Made by a program: the position numbers and the translations under genes. A DNA stretch of 60,389 bases, the filler included. It is 8 parts of 8 records of this genome, joined end to end, with 100 filler letters (N's around TTAATTAATTAA, not from the genome) between each part and the next. Parts side by side here need not be neighbours in the genome. Positions count along the whole stretch, not along the records: positions 5,191 to 12,488 come from SRR31156797_46897; positions 12,589 to 19,684 come from SRR31156797_46914; 6 more parts are not named here. One strand, written 5' to 3'. A model generated the notes under the pieces. The model had not been told where the DNA came from. It saw only the letters and a list, made by a program, of their open reading frames with translations, and made no database searches. Positions 9,250 through 17,854 of the stretch are shown here, in pieces. Numbering within the stretch: the stretch's first letter is position 1; each line of letters begins with the position of its first letter.

Positions 9250-12222
9250 ATGAAAAAGATAAAATTGATTTTCGGGGCTCTGGCCCTGTTGGCGCTTTTC
9301 GCGTCCTGCGGATTCGGCGGCGCCGGCGGTGATATTCTCTCTGCCGGTGATAACGATACGGGGGAAATTTCTCTCCAGTTTATCGTCCCCGACTACGATC
9401 ACGATATTACGGTCTCTGACGGTTCCCGGGCGATCCCTCCCAATATCTACGAGATACGGATCTACCTGGACGGTGATGAGTTTATGACCGTACCTGTTTC
9501 CGTTATCGGGGGTTTTGAGACGACCCTCGAGACTCAGGACGGTGGACCGGTCGTAATCGAATCCGGCACGGAAGATCCTGATACGGTTTTCAATTCTCCC
9601 GTTGTCTGGGGGGCCGAGATTCAGGGAGTCCCCACCGGGTATTACGACAAATTAACTGTGGAGCTTTACAACGAGGAGGCCAAACTTCTGGCCGAAGGGA
9701 TCGCCTTTGACGTTTCCATCGATGCATTTCAAACCACAGCACTGACCGTTACCAATTATGTGGCTGCGGGTAACTACGACTATGTCTACACCGACGGCAC
9801 CTCCGTTTCCGGAGCTTCTGCGGACAGTGACATTGCTTTCTTCAAGTTTTACGCCCGGGAAGGGGTAACCTACACCATGGAGCTCTCCGGTATCACCGGT
9901 TCTCCTGATATGTACCTCTTTGACTCCACCTCCCGTTTGGCAAGTGAGCTGGTTACAGAGGATCCTGTTGAATACGCCTACTACATCGACATCTATGGCA
10001 CCGGGGATTCTACCATCATCTATCAGGCCGAACAGACAGGTACTCTGACCCTCGGTGTCTACGGCTGGTCGGGGGCGGCGTCCTACGATCTGACAGTGAC
10101 TTCCGATGTGGCGGTGGTTGACCCCTCTGTCGCTCTGGTCGACCAGGCCTATAACGACCTGAGAAACCAGGACCTTGATGAGGCACTCTCGACCTTTAGT
10201 GAAGCTCTCATGGAAAATGAGGCCAATCCCGAGGCAGCCCTGGGCTACGCCCTGATGAGCCTGCTCTCCACGGCTCTGGATCCTGCCTTCCAGACCCTTG
10301 TTTCCGATAACCTTGGAGTCGAGGGGTATCCTGTGACTCTGAATGAACTCCTTTCTACCACCTGGCTCGAAAACTGGGTATTAGAGATGTACGTTGGTGA
10401 AGATGAAGAAACGTATGAGAGTCTCTATGAAGAGGTCGAGATTTTTCTCCCCTCCATCAAGGGACAGGAGGCCTTCGACGGCAAACTCTTCGGTATCAAT
10501 ATGGAGCAGTATCTTGATGAAGAGGATATGGATGACGATCAGTACTTCGCTTTCTCTGAAGATGGTCTGATTTCTCCCGAAGAGAAGGGAGCGGCTTTTG
10601 TCACCTACTATGTAATGAACAACGATGGTTTTGATGACCTCTTTCGGACCATGTCGGAGCTCCTGGGGGCCAAGTTTGATCAGGCGGCTGCGATCTTGAG
10701 TTCCGATGCCCTGGATGACGCCAAGTTTACCTTCACCTGGGATATGGTTTTTGCCACCCCCGAGGATGCCTACGCTTCCCTCTACTGGCCCCGCCGGACG
10801 GATCCGGATACCGGAGCCGTGGTTCTGGATTCCTGGGCCATCGGTAAGGCGGAACTTCTTCAGCTTTCCGCCGGATTCAACATTCTGAAGTTTATGGTGA
10901 ACACTCTGGGTGTTTATAACTGGGACATGGTGAACGAAGAGGGTGAATCTCTTATCGAGAATTACTATCTGGTGTTTGAAGAGATCTTCCAGAGAGACGG
11001 GTTTGATAGTGCGCCGGATTTCATGGAGATTCTTGAGAAACTTGAGGAGACTCCTTTCAGTATGCGTGACTTCCTGGCTCCGGCCGACGAAGCGGATGCC
11101 CATTGGGCCGCCGCCCGGGAAGCCTTTATGGATGCCATGGAACAGGAGGCTCAGGCCATGGAACTGGTCCTGGCCCGTGAAGAGGCCGACGGTTACTACA
11201 TTGGTCCCGGGGAAAATGCGATCTCCGAAAATTTCAGTGAACCTCTCTTCAACGACCCTGACTCCGACGGTTTCTGGTCGGATCTTGAGGTTATTCTTGA
11301 GTTTGAGCAGCGGCTCTTTGAGACTGCCCGGCAGTCCATGGTGGATGGTACCGACTGGCTTCTGCCCCTTCCTGTGGATGGAATCGGCAGCGAACGGGAC
11401 AAACTGGTTGCATGGTGTGAAAGTTATCCTGATAACTGGCCGACGGAGGAGGAGGTTGATGTGGTTTTCAGCGTCAACTGGAATTTCTTCTTTGCCGATA
11501 TCATCTCCATCCGGGAGTTCTTTGAACTGAAAGGAACCGGCGAACCTGTTTTCTACACTATTGATGCCGCCTCTGAAACCGTGAGTCCCGTGGGAATCCT
11601 GGATATGTCTGCCGGTGATACTTTTCAGTACGAAACCTATTACACCCGGATGAACAACCCCTTCTTCAGCGGTCTTTTCGGGACCAATGATCTGGCTGTG
11701 GATGATCCGACTGATATGGGCTATCTCTGGCTGGACTGGGATGATGAGTCCTTCGTCGAGGGGAACCCCGAACGTCTGAACGGCTACTGGGACCCGGGTG
11801 AGGAGATCTATAACATTGAATTTGCATCCGGTCTGCGGAGTAACTACTATCCTCTTGTTCTGTTCGGTGACAGTGTCGTCGGTCTGGATAAATTGGCTGA
11901 TTACACCATCGACGGAAGTGTTGTTACTCCCAAGGAGTATTATGAGTCTTACGCTTCCAATCTGACTGTGGCCGACCTGAGGCAGATTTGTATTGATGAA
12001 GACTGGAGGCTGGAGCGCTATCTTCATCCGTCAACATTGACGGCGGATATGACCGCACTTCAGGCGGCTCTGGTTCTTAAGGAGGATTATGAATTCTGGA
12101 TTGAGGATTATACCTCTTCCTATTATTCGATTTACGATCCTGCAACGGAAAGCGTTTACCTGAATACACCTTTCTTTATCTTCTGGTCTTCCATGGCCCC
12201 CCTTGGGTCGGAGATTTACTAG
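9250..12222 (+). CDS. Large acidic lipoprotein, putative tip/adhesin subunit (possibly extends to 12342)
   Basis: Lipobox LFASC (Cys20); GSR60-AIPP motif; PPC-like GSPDMYLFD..TLGVYGW; TPR-like ALVDQAYNDL..EALMENEANPEAALGYAL; frame stays open for 39 codons after the TAG. Confidence 0.75.
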   Translation: MKKIKLIFGALALLALFASCGFGGAGGDILSAGDNDTGEISLQFIVPDYDHDITVSDGSRAIPPNIYEIRIYLDGDEFMTVPVSVIGGFETTLETQDGGPVVIESGTEDPDTVFNSPVVWGAEIQGVPTGYYDKLTVELYNEEAKLLAEGIAFDVSIDAFQTTALTVTNYVAAGNYDYVYTDGTSVSGASADSDIAFFKFYAREGVTYTMELSGITGSPDMYLFDSTSRLASELVTEDPVEYAYYIDIYGTGDSTIIYQAEQTGTLTLGVYGWSGAASYDLTVTSDVAVVDPSVALVDQAYNDLRNQDLDEALSTFSEALMENEANPEAALGYALMSLLSTALDPAFQTLVSDNLGVEGYPVTLNELLSTTWLENWVLEMYVGEDEETYESLYEEVEIFLPSIKGQEAFDGKLFGINMEQYLDEEDMDDDQYFAFSEDGLISPEEKGAAFVTYYVMNNDGFDDLFRTMSELLGAKFDQAAAILSSDALDDAKFTFTWDMVFATPEDAYASLYWPRRTDPDTGAVVLDSWAIGKAELLQLSAGFNILKFMVNTLGVYNWDMVNEEGESLIENYYLVFEEIFQRDGFDSAPDFMEILEKLEETPFSMRDFLAPADEADAHWAAAREAFMDAMEQEAQAMELVLAREEADGYYIGPGENAISENFSEPLFNDPDSDGFWSDLEVILEFEQRLFETARQSMVDGTDWLLPLPVDGIGSERDKLVAWCESYPDNWPTEEEVDVVFSVNWNFFFADIISIREFFELKGTGEPVFYTIDAASETVSPVGILDMSAGDTFQYETYYTRMNNPFFSGLFGTNDLAVDDPTDMGYLWLDWDDESFVEGNPERLNGYWDPGEEIYNIEFASGLRSNYYPLVLFGDSVVGLDKLADYTIDGSVVTPKEYYESYASNLTVADLRQICIDEDWRLERYLHPSTLTADMTALQAALVLKEDYEFWIEDYTSSYYSIYDPATESVYLNTPFFIFWSSMAPLGSEIY

Positions 12223-12374
12223 GAGGATGCCAATGATGATGAGGGGCAGGGCGAGTGGTACACCAGTCTGGGGTCCTGCTGGTACTCGGCTTTTGGATTC
12301 GGTTCTCTGCTTGAGGTGGAAGAGAAAATGTCGGTCGATTAATCAGCCTCTTTCTGTCTATGCATTGATATCCA

Positions 12375-12413
12375 AAGAGCCGCCTGTAAAAGGGCGGCTC
12401 TTCTTTTTATTTT
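12375..12413 (+). terminator. Rho-independent terminator
   Basis: AAGAGCCGCC-tgtaaaag-GGCGGCTCTT stem-loop followed by CTTTTTATTTT. Confidence 0.85.
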
Positions 12414-12438
12414 CAGCCCTTTGTGGTAGGTTTTATTC

Positions 12439-12488
12439 ATGAGACAAAATATAAAATTACTGATTATCCTGATGGTCCTGTTGCCGGT
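12439..12488 (+). CDS. Start of an exported protein (truncated)
   Basis: MRQNIKLLIILMVLLP, signal-peptide-like, runs into the spacer. Confidence 0.4.
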
Positions 12489-12588
12489 NNNNNNNNNNNN
12501 NNNNNNNNNNNNNNNNNNNNNNNNNNNNNNNNTTAATTAATTAANNNNNNNNNNNNNNNNNNNNNNNNNNNNNNNNNNNNNNNNNNNN

Positions 12589-13162
12589 CGGGAAAAAGTT
12601 TTAAAAGCCCTTTTTGAAGCAACAGAAAGACGCCCGCGCAGGCCGCCCCAACGGCCAGGCCGAACATTACGTCGGCCGGATAATGCAGGCCGAGATATAC
12701 CCTGGAAACACAGACCAACAGGGCCAGTGCGGCCGGCAAAGGCCACAGGCGGGGGTAAAAATAAATCAAAATAGCAGCGATCGCCCCGATATTGACTGCA
12801 TGGTTGGAAGGAAAGGAAAGTGTGACGTGGGCCGGGATGGAATCCGACAAAATCCACTGTTCCTTATAAACGAATATGTTTTCAAGGACTGAATACGGCC
12901 TGGGCCTTCCAAAAAACGGCTTCAAAACAAAAGTGCTCAGGGAATCCCCCATGGCCGCAACCGAGGCCAGGGCGAATATCATCCACCTGCTGCGGGCCGA
13001 GCCCCGGAAAATGATATACAGGACCAAAAGGCCGACCGGTATCAACAGATATCCGCCCTTGCCCGAAATAACAGGCATGGCCCAATCCAGTATCGGGTTC
13101 CTGCCGCTCCTGTTGATCAGGAAGAACAGGGACCGGTCAAGCTCGGTCAAAAACGCCATCAC
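12589..13162 (-). CDS. PAP2-family phosphatase (3' truncated)
   Basis: KPFFGRPRP, SFPSNHA and SRVYLGLHYPADV motifs; hydrophobic helices. Confidence 0.88.
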
Positions 13163-13260
13163 ACTTCACAACATCCCGGAAAAACAAAAAATTCCTTATA
13201 GGTCCGCAGAATAACTACCAGATGCCCGGTTTTTAGTCAAGTCCCGCCGGTTGGGCGAGC

Positions 13261-14337
13261 CTATTGGCGGACATGGGTGAAAAGGTAAAAACCCAGAAGA
13301 GAAAACAACATGTTGGGGAGCCAGGCCGCGGCCGCAGGCGGCAGCAAACCCGAATAACCGAGAGAGCGGGACAATCCCAGAAAAACAAGGTAGGCGAATG
13401 AAAGACCGATGCCGACGCCGACTCCCAGGGCTATGCCGCCGCCCTTTTCTTTCCAAAAGGCTATAGGCAGCCCTATTATGGCCATTATGGCACAAATGAA
13501 GGGGAAGGAGTATTTCAATTGAAGGTCAACCTGGTAACGCAATGGGTCGTACCCGTCACTCTCCATTCGCTTGATCCAGGCGGATAGCTCCCGCGAACTC
13601 ATCTCTTCCGAGGCCCTTTGCGTCTGAGCTATTTCTTCAGGCATATCGGGCAGATCGACTTCTTCCCTGTCAAATTGCCTCACCTTGATTTCTCCATCGG
13701 GCAAATATTCCTTGGTGATGCCGTCCCTGAGAGTCCATGTATCCTGGCCCAAGCGACCATAAGCAGCCTCGATACGCTTTATCAAATGGAAATCCTTGTC
13801 AAAATAAAATATTCTAACACCTTCGATCGTGCGGTTCCGCTCATCATAAACCCTAAAATTAAATACTCCGCCAGGCGCCCTGATCCAGACATTTTGACGT
13901 ATATGAGTCTCTTCCTTTTGTTTTTCAACTTCGATGTTCCAGATGTGATTAACCCGGGCGGAAGTGTAAGGAATCAAGGTGTCGGCCATGACAAAAAGAA
14001 GCACGCTGATAAGAATTGAAGCCAGGAAAATGGGCATGGCCAGCCGAAAAACGCTGACCCCGGCGGCCTTGAAGGCCACGATTTCACTGTTTCGCGCCAA
14101 AAGACCCAACGAAATAAGGACGGATACAAGTATACCCACCGGGGTAAGGTTGAATAATATCGATGGAATGGTCATGAGAAAAAAGAAAGCCACCCGCGTC
14201 AGGGGCACCCCGGCTTCCACGAAATTATCTATCCGCTCCAGAAAATCCACAATAAAATATATCAGGATGAACGTGGTGATGGTCAAGAACAGGACGCGTC
14301 CGAATTCCTTCAGGAGATATCGGGATGCAATATTCAA
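13261..14337 (-). CDS. lptG: LPS export ABC permease LptG
   Basis: YjgP/YjgQ family: RYLLKEF, RNSEIVAFKAAGVS, AAWLPN; lies after an lptF paralogue. Confidence 0.88.
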   Translation of the reverse strand: MNIASRYLLKEFGRVLFLTITTFILIYFIVDFLERIDNFVEAGVPLTRVAFFFLMTIPSILFNLTPVGILVSVLISLGLLARNSEIVAFKAAGVSVFRLAMPIFLASILISVLLFVMADTLIPYTSARVNHIWNIEVEKQKEETHIRQNVWIRAPGGVFNFRVYDERNRTIEGVRIFYFDKDFHLIKRIEAAYGRLGQDTWTLRDGITKEYLPDGEIKVRQFDREEVDLPDMPEEIAQTQRASEEMSSRELSAWIKRMESDGYDPLRYQVDLQLKYSFPFICAIMAIIGLPIAFWKEKGGGIALGVGVGIGLSFAYLVFLGLSRSLGYSGLLPPAAAAWLPNMLFSLLGFYLFTHVRQ

Positions 14338-15515
14338 CCCTGTCCCTCCTTGTTATTGGAACGGAACCATTCCAGCACGCGGTTGAGAAAATACATGAAA
14401 CTAATGGGGGATTCCCTGTTGGCTTTATAGAGCATGTAAACCGCAACCGCGCCCACGACTATATTCGGCGCCCACATGCCCAGTTCCGGCGGAAAAGCGC
14501 TCGATTCCCCGAAGCTATAGGCCGCCGACAGCAGGATGTAATAGATCAGAAAGACGATCAGGCCCATGGTAACGCCCCAGTTTCGCCCCCTGACCCGAAA
14601 AGTTATGCCCAGGGGCACGCCGATGAGGCCGAGGACGATGCAGGCGAAAGGCAATGAAAGTCGCTTGTGGGCTTCCATCAGGTAAAGAGGATAGTGCTTA
14701 TGTTCCTTGTCCTTAAGTCTCTGCGTGGCCCGCCATAAAGCATCGTTATCCAGCTCAAGCTGGTTTTTCTTTAACAGGGATGGGTTGCCCAACTCGCCCT
14801 GTAAGTCCATCTTCAATTCATAACGCTCAAAATCTATGGTTTCGGTGCTTTGCATGTCCCGGTAGACCCTGTCGATAACGCCGCTGAAAAGCTGAAAAAC
14901 CAAAACGCCCTGCTCGGCGTCCGTGGCAATCCGGCCCTTTGAAGCGACAATCACGCTGGCCACATCCGGATCCCGTTCATCCTGAATGAAGATGTCCTCC
15001 ATCATATCCGACCCCAGGGTCATATGATTGACAAAGAGGACCATGTTTTTAAACCCGGCGTTAAAAACCTGCTCTTTTATACTCACATCGGCCCGGGCCT
15101 TGGCCAGGGTCAGCAATTGGTTCCGAAAGGCCCAGTTAGACGCCGGACCAAGCGACAGGGTCATGTAGCTGGTCAGCAGATAAGTCCATAAACAAAATAA
15201 AATAACCGGCGATAGCAGTTGATAGAGATTGACGCCGGCCGATTTTAAAACAGTTATTTCACTATCGCTGGAAAGGCGCATAAAGGACATTAATACAGCC
15301 AGAAGCGTGGACATGGGTATGGTCATGGAAAGGAAAAAGGGCAGGCTCAGCACCAGCATATTTATTATCGTCCCGGCTTTCACGCCCCGGACGACCACCA
15401 ATTCGGTCATTTGAAGAACCTTGGCCATCAGCAATATAAACGTAAAGACCAGTACGTTTACAAAGAAGGAGGGCAATATCTCCTTGATAATATATAAAGG
15501 AATGATCCTCTTCAT
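14334..15515 (-). CDS. lptF: LPS export ABC permease LptF
   Basis: YIIKEILPSF, RLSSDSEITVLKSAGV, HKRLSLPFAC, WAPN; 4-nt overlaps with neighbours. Confidence 0.88.
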   Translation of the reverse strand: MKRIIPLYIIKEILPSFFVNVLVFTFILLMAKVLQMTELVVVRGVKAGTIINMLVLSLPFFLSMTIPMSTLLAVLMSFMRLSSDSEITVLKSAGVNLYQLLSPVILFCLWTYLLTSYMTLSLGPASNWAFRNQLLTLAKARADVSIKEQVFNAGFKNMVLFVNHMTLGSDMMEDIFIQDERDPDVASVIVASKGRIATDAEQGVLVFQLFSGVIDRVYRDMQSTETIDFERYELKMDLQGELGNPSLLKKNQLELDNDALWRATQRLKDKEHKHYPLYLMEAHKRLSLPFACIVLGLIGVPLGITFRVRGRNWGVTMGLIVFLIYYILLSAAYSFGESSAFPPELGMWAPNIVVGAVAVYMLYKANRESPISFMYFLNRVLEWFRSNNKEGQG

Positions 15516-17230
15516 TCCGTGCGCCCTCCGCCGTTGTCTCCGGCAATGTACCCGCCGTTTTTCTCGATCAGGCGAAATTCGGGATATAATTTCAGTACCG
15601 GCAGCAGGCTGAGCCGGCTCAGTATGACCGTTCTTCTTTCGTTCTTAAGATATTCCTGCAACTTGTCAGTATTGGTCGCGCGGATACGATCGATATGCCG
15701 GCCGGAATAGTACCACAATGTGGGTTTGTACAAGCCGTATGCCGCCAACCTGTCGCCGGGATTCATGGCGCCGGACATCCGAATCGTCAGTTCCTTGCCC
15801 GGCGTCTGCAGGTAATCCAGAGCGGCCGGCGCAGTCCAGTGAAAAAGTCCGGTTATTAAGACTATCGACCCTACAGACCAGGCGGCCAGGGCGCGCCGCC
15901 TGCGGCCCGCCTTGAGAAGAAACAGGGCCATGATGGAAGCCCCGCCGACCGCCAACCCGGTGACTGCTGTTTCATAACCCAGGTCCGGGTCCTTTTCCTG
16001 GAAAGCATATTCAAATGAATCAGGCCTGACATCGGCCCGGGCCTGTTTCATGGCCATGGGAATGATAAACGGAACAACCAGCAGGAAGACGGCAAGGACC
16101 AGTCCGATGAAAGCTGTTGAAGAAAAAAGGCCCCATTTTTCGCCTGTCCTTTTTATATCCCCGGCCAGCCACTCATCCCACCACCTTGCAGCCAGAAATA
16201 CCAATGGAGGAACAGCCGGAAATATATAATTGGGCTGCTTTGTGGCCGAGCTTGTAAAAATCAAAAGACTGCTTAAAAACCAGATCGTAGTAAAAAAATC
16301 GAAAGAAGAGGCCCAGCTTTGAAGCCGCACTGTCCTTTTTGTTTTTAAAGACCGCCAGATCACGGGTGCGGCGAAAAAACTCCAGGGCCAGACCAGAACG
16401 GCCAGAACGGGCAGGTAAAACCATATGGGCGCCCCATGCCCCAACAGAACTTCGGTAAACCGGGTGACGTTCTGGCTGATAAAAAATCCTTCCCAGAAAT
16501 TGCGGCCTTCCCGCATAAAAGCCAAAACATACCATGGCCCGGATATAACCAGAAAGACAAGCAAGCCCGAGATGACCCGCGCCCGGACTATAGACCGGAA
16601 CATGTCCCGGTTGAAAAGCGTCAGGAAAAAGACAGCGCCCAGGGGGACGGCCGCTCCAACGGGTCCCTTGGTTAAAAAAGCCAGTCCCATTGAAGCCCAG
16701 GAGAGAAGGAACCATTTCCGCTCTTCTTCTCTGGGGCCGGCATAGCCTTCGTAGAAAAACACCAGTGTCGCAGTGGTCCACAGGGCCAGCAGAGTGTCGA
16801 GGATGGCTACTCGGGCCAGGAGCGCGGTCAATAATGACGCAACCATGAAAAATGAAGTCAGAAGGCCGAATCTTTCTCCACCCCTGCGGCGTCCGAACCA
16901 GTCCATTAGAAAAACGAGGGCCAGGGCGGCCAGGGCTGAAGGGAGGCGTCCAGCTGTTTCATTATACCCGAAAACCTTGAAGGAAAGAGCCGTCAGCCAG
17001 AAGAACAGGGCGGGCTTTTCATAATAAGCCCTGCCGTTTACATGGGGAATGACATAATCGTTCCGCTCGATCATTTCCATGGCCACGGTGGCGTATTCGC
17101 CTTCATCACGATCGATGAAAGGAAAGCTTCCCAACCCGGCAAAAAACATGAATATGGCCAGAAAATAAATAAGCGCCCGGGCTCTTGCCCCGGTTAACCA
17201 GGATTTATTTTGCCCTTCGGCGCTGTTCAC
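15512..17230 (-). CDS. ArnT-like GT-C (GT83/PMT_2) lipid glycosyltransferase
   Basis: DRDEGEYATVAMEM, YYEKPALFFW, GRLPSA, FLTKGPVG, ATKQPNYIFP; multi-TM. Confidence 0.85.
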   Translation of the reverse strand: MNSAEGQNKSWLTGARARALIYFLAIFMFFAGLGSFPFIDRDEGEYATVAMEMIERNDYVIPHVNGRAYYEKPALFFWLTALSFKVFGYNETAGRLPSALAALALVFLMDWFGRRRGGERFGLLTSFFMVASLLTALLARVAILDTLLALWTTATLVFFYEGYAGPREEERKWFLLSWASMGLAFLTKGPVGAAVPLGAVFFLTLFNRDMFRSIVRARVISGLLVFLVISGPWYVLAFMREGRNFWEGFFISQNVTRFTEVLLGHGAPIWFYLPVLAVLVWPWSFFAAPVIWRSLKTKRTVRLQSWASSFDFFTTIWFLSSLLIFTSSATKQPNYIFPAVPPLVFLAARWWDEWLAGDIKRTGEKWGLFSSTAFIGLVLAVFLLVVPFIIPMAMKQARADVRPDSFEYAFQEKDPDLGYETAVTGLAVGGASIMALFLLKAGRRRRALAAWSVGSIVLITGLFHWTAPAALDYLQTPGKELTIRMSGAMNPGDRLAAYGLYKPTLWYYSGRHIDRIRATNTDKLQEYLKNERRTVILSRLSLLPVLKLYPEFRLIEKNGGYIAGDNGGGRTE

Positions 17231-17853
17231 GGCATCGCCCCTATAGTCGGTTCGCCGCCGGTTTTATTGACCGGCAGCCTCAGGACAATCAGGCCTGAAA
17301 CCAGACCGACCAGTATTCCCCCCATAATATCCAGGGGAAAGTGGGAGCCGCCCAGCAGCCTGGTGGCGGCCACAAACGAAGCCGCACCCATGAACACGGG
17401 AGCCCCTTTCGGATAATAGAAGGAAAGGACCAGGGCCACAGCCATTGAATTGGTTGTATGTCCGGAGGGAAAGGAATCGAGCCCCGAAGCCAGAGTGGGG
17501 CCGAAATGTTCCACGCCTTCCTTCCAGAGCCTGGGGCGCGGGCGGCCAATGATATGCTTTATAATTTGCGCAAAAACACCTGACAGAACAAAGGCCCAAA
17601 AAGCCTTGCCTCCGGCCTGTCTTAAACGGTCCATCCCGGTTTTTCTCCCGACCAAATAGACAATTAAAAGAATCGGCAGGCAGAAAGCAGCATGCCCCAT
17701 CCAATACCCGGCCTTGACCGCTGATTGGACCCGGACAAAATCCAGTTTTAAAATCCTGGACAGTTCCTGGTCGTATATAGCGACAATGAAAAAGGCCATG
17801 GCCGCGCAAGCCATTATAAAAGCCTTTTTTCCGCTGTCAAAACCGGGTCGCAT
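17227..17853 (-). CDS. PAP2-family phosphatase (LpxE/LpxF-like or undecaprenyl-PP phosphatase)
   Basis: Start chosen at ATG 17853, next to the msbA stop; KHIIGRPRP, SFPSGHT, TRLLGGSHFPLD. Confidence 0.85.
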   Translation of the reverse strand: MRPGFDSGKKAFIMACAAMAFFIVAIYDQELSRILKLDFVRVQSAVKAGYWMGHAAFCLPILLIVYLVGRKTGMDRLRQAGGKAFWAFVLSGVFAQIIKHIIGRPRPRLWKEGVEHFGPTLASGLDSFPSGHTTNSMAVALVLSFYYPKGAPVFMGAASFVAATRLLGGSHFPLDIMGGILVGLVSGLIVLRLPVNKTGGEPTIGAMP

Positions 17854-17854
17854 T

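Noticed and set aside
12203-12442. 79-aa ORF behind an AGGAGG-like sequence
   Set aside because: Runs through the terminator and lacks the operon's composition; the in-frame continuation of the upstream gene explains the region better.
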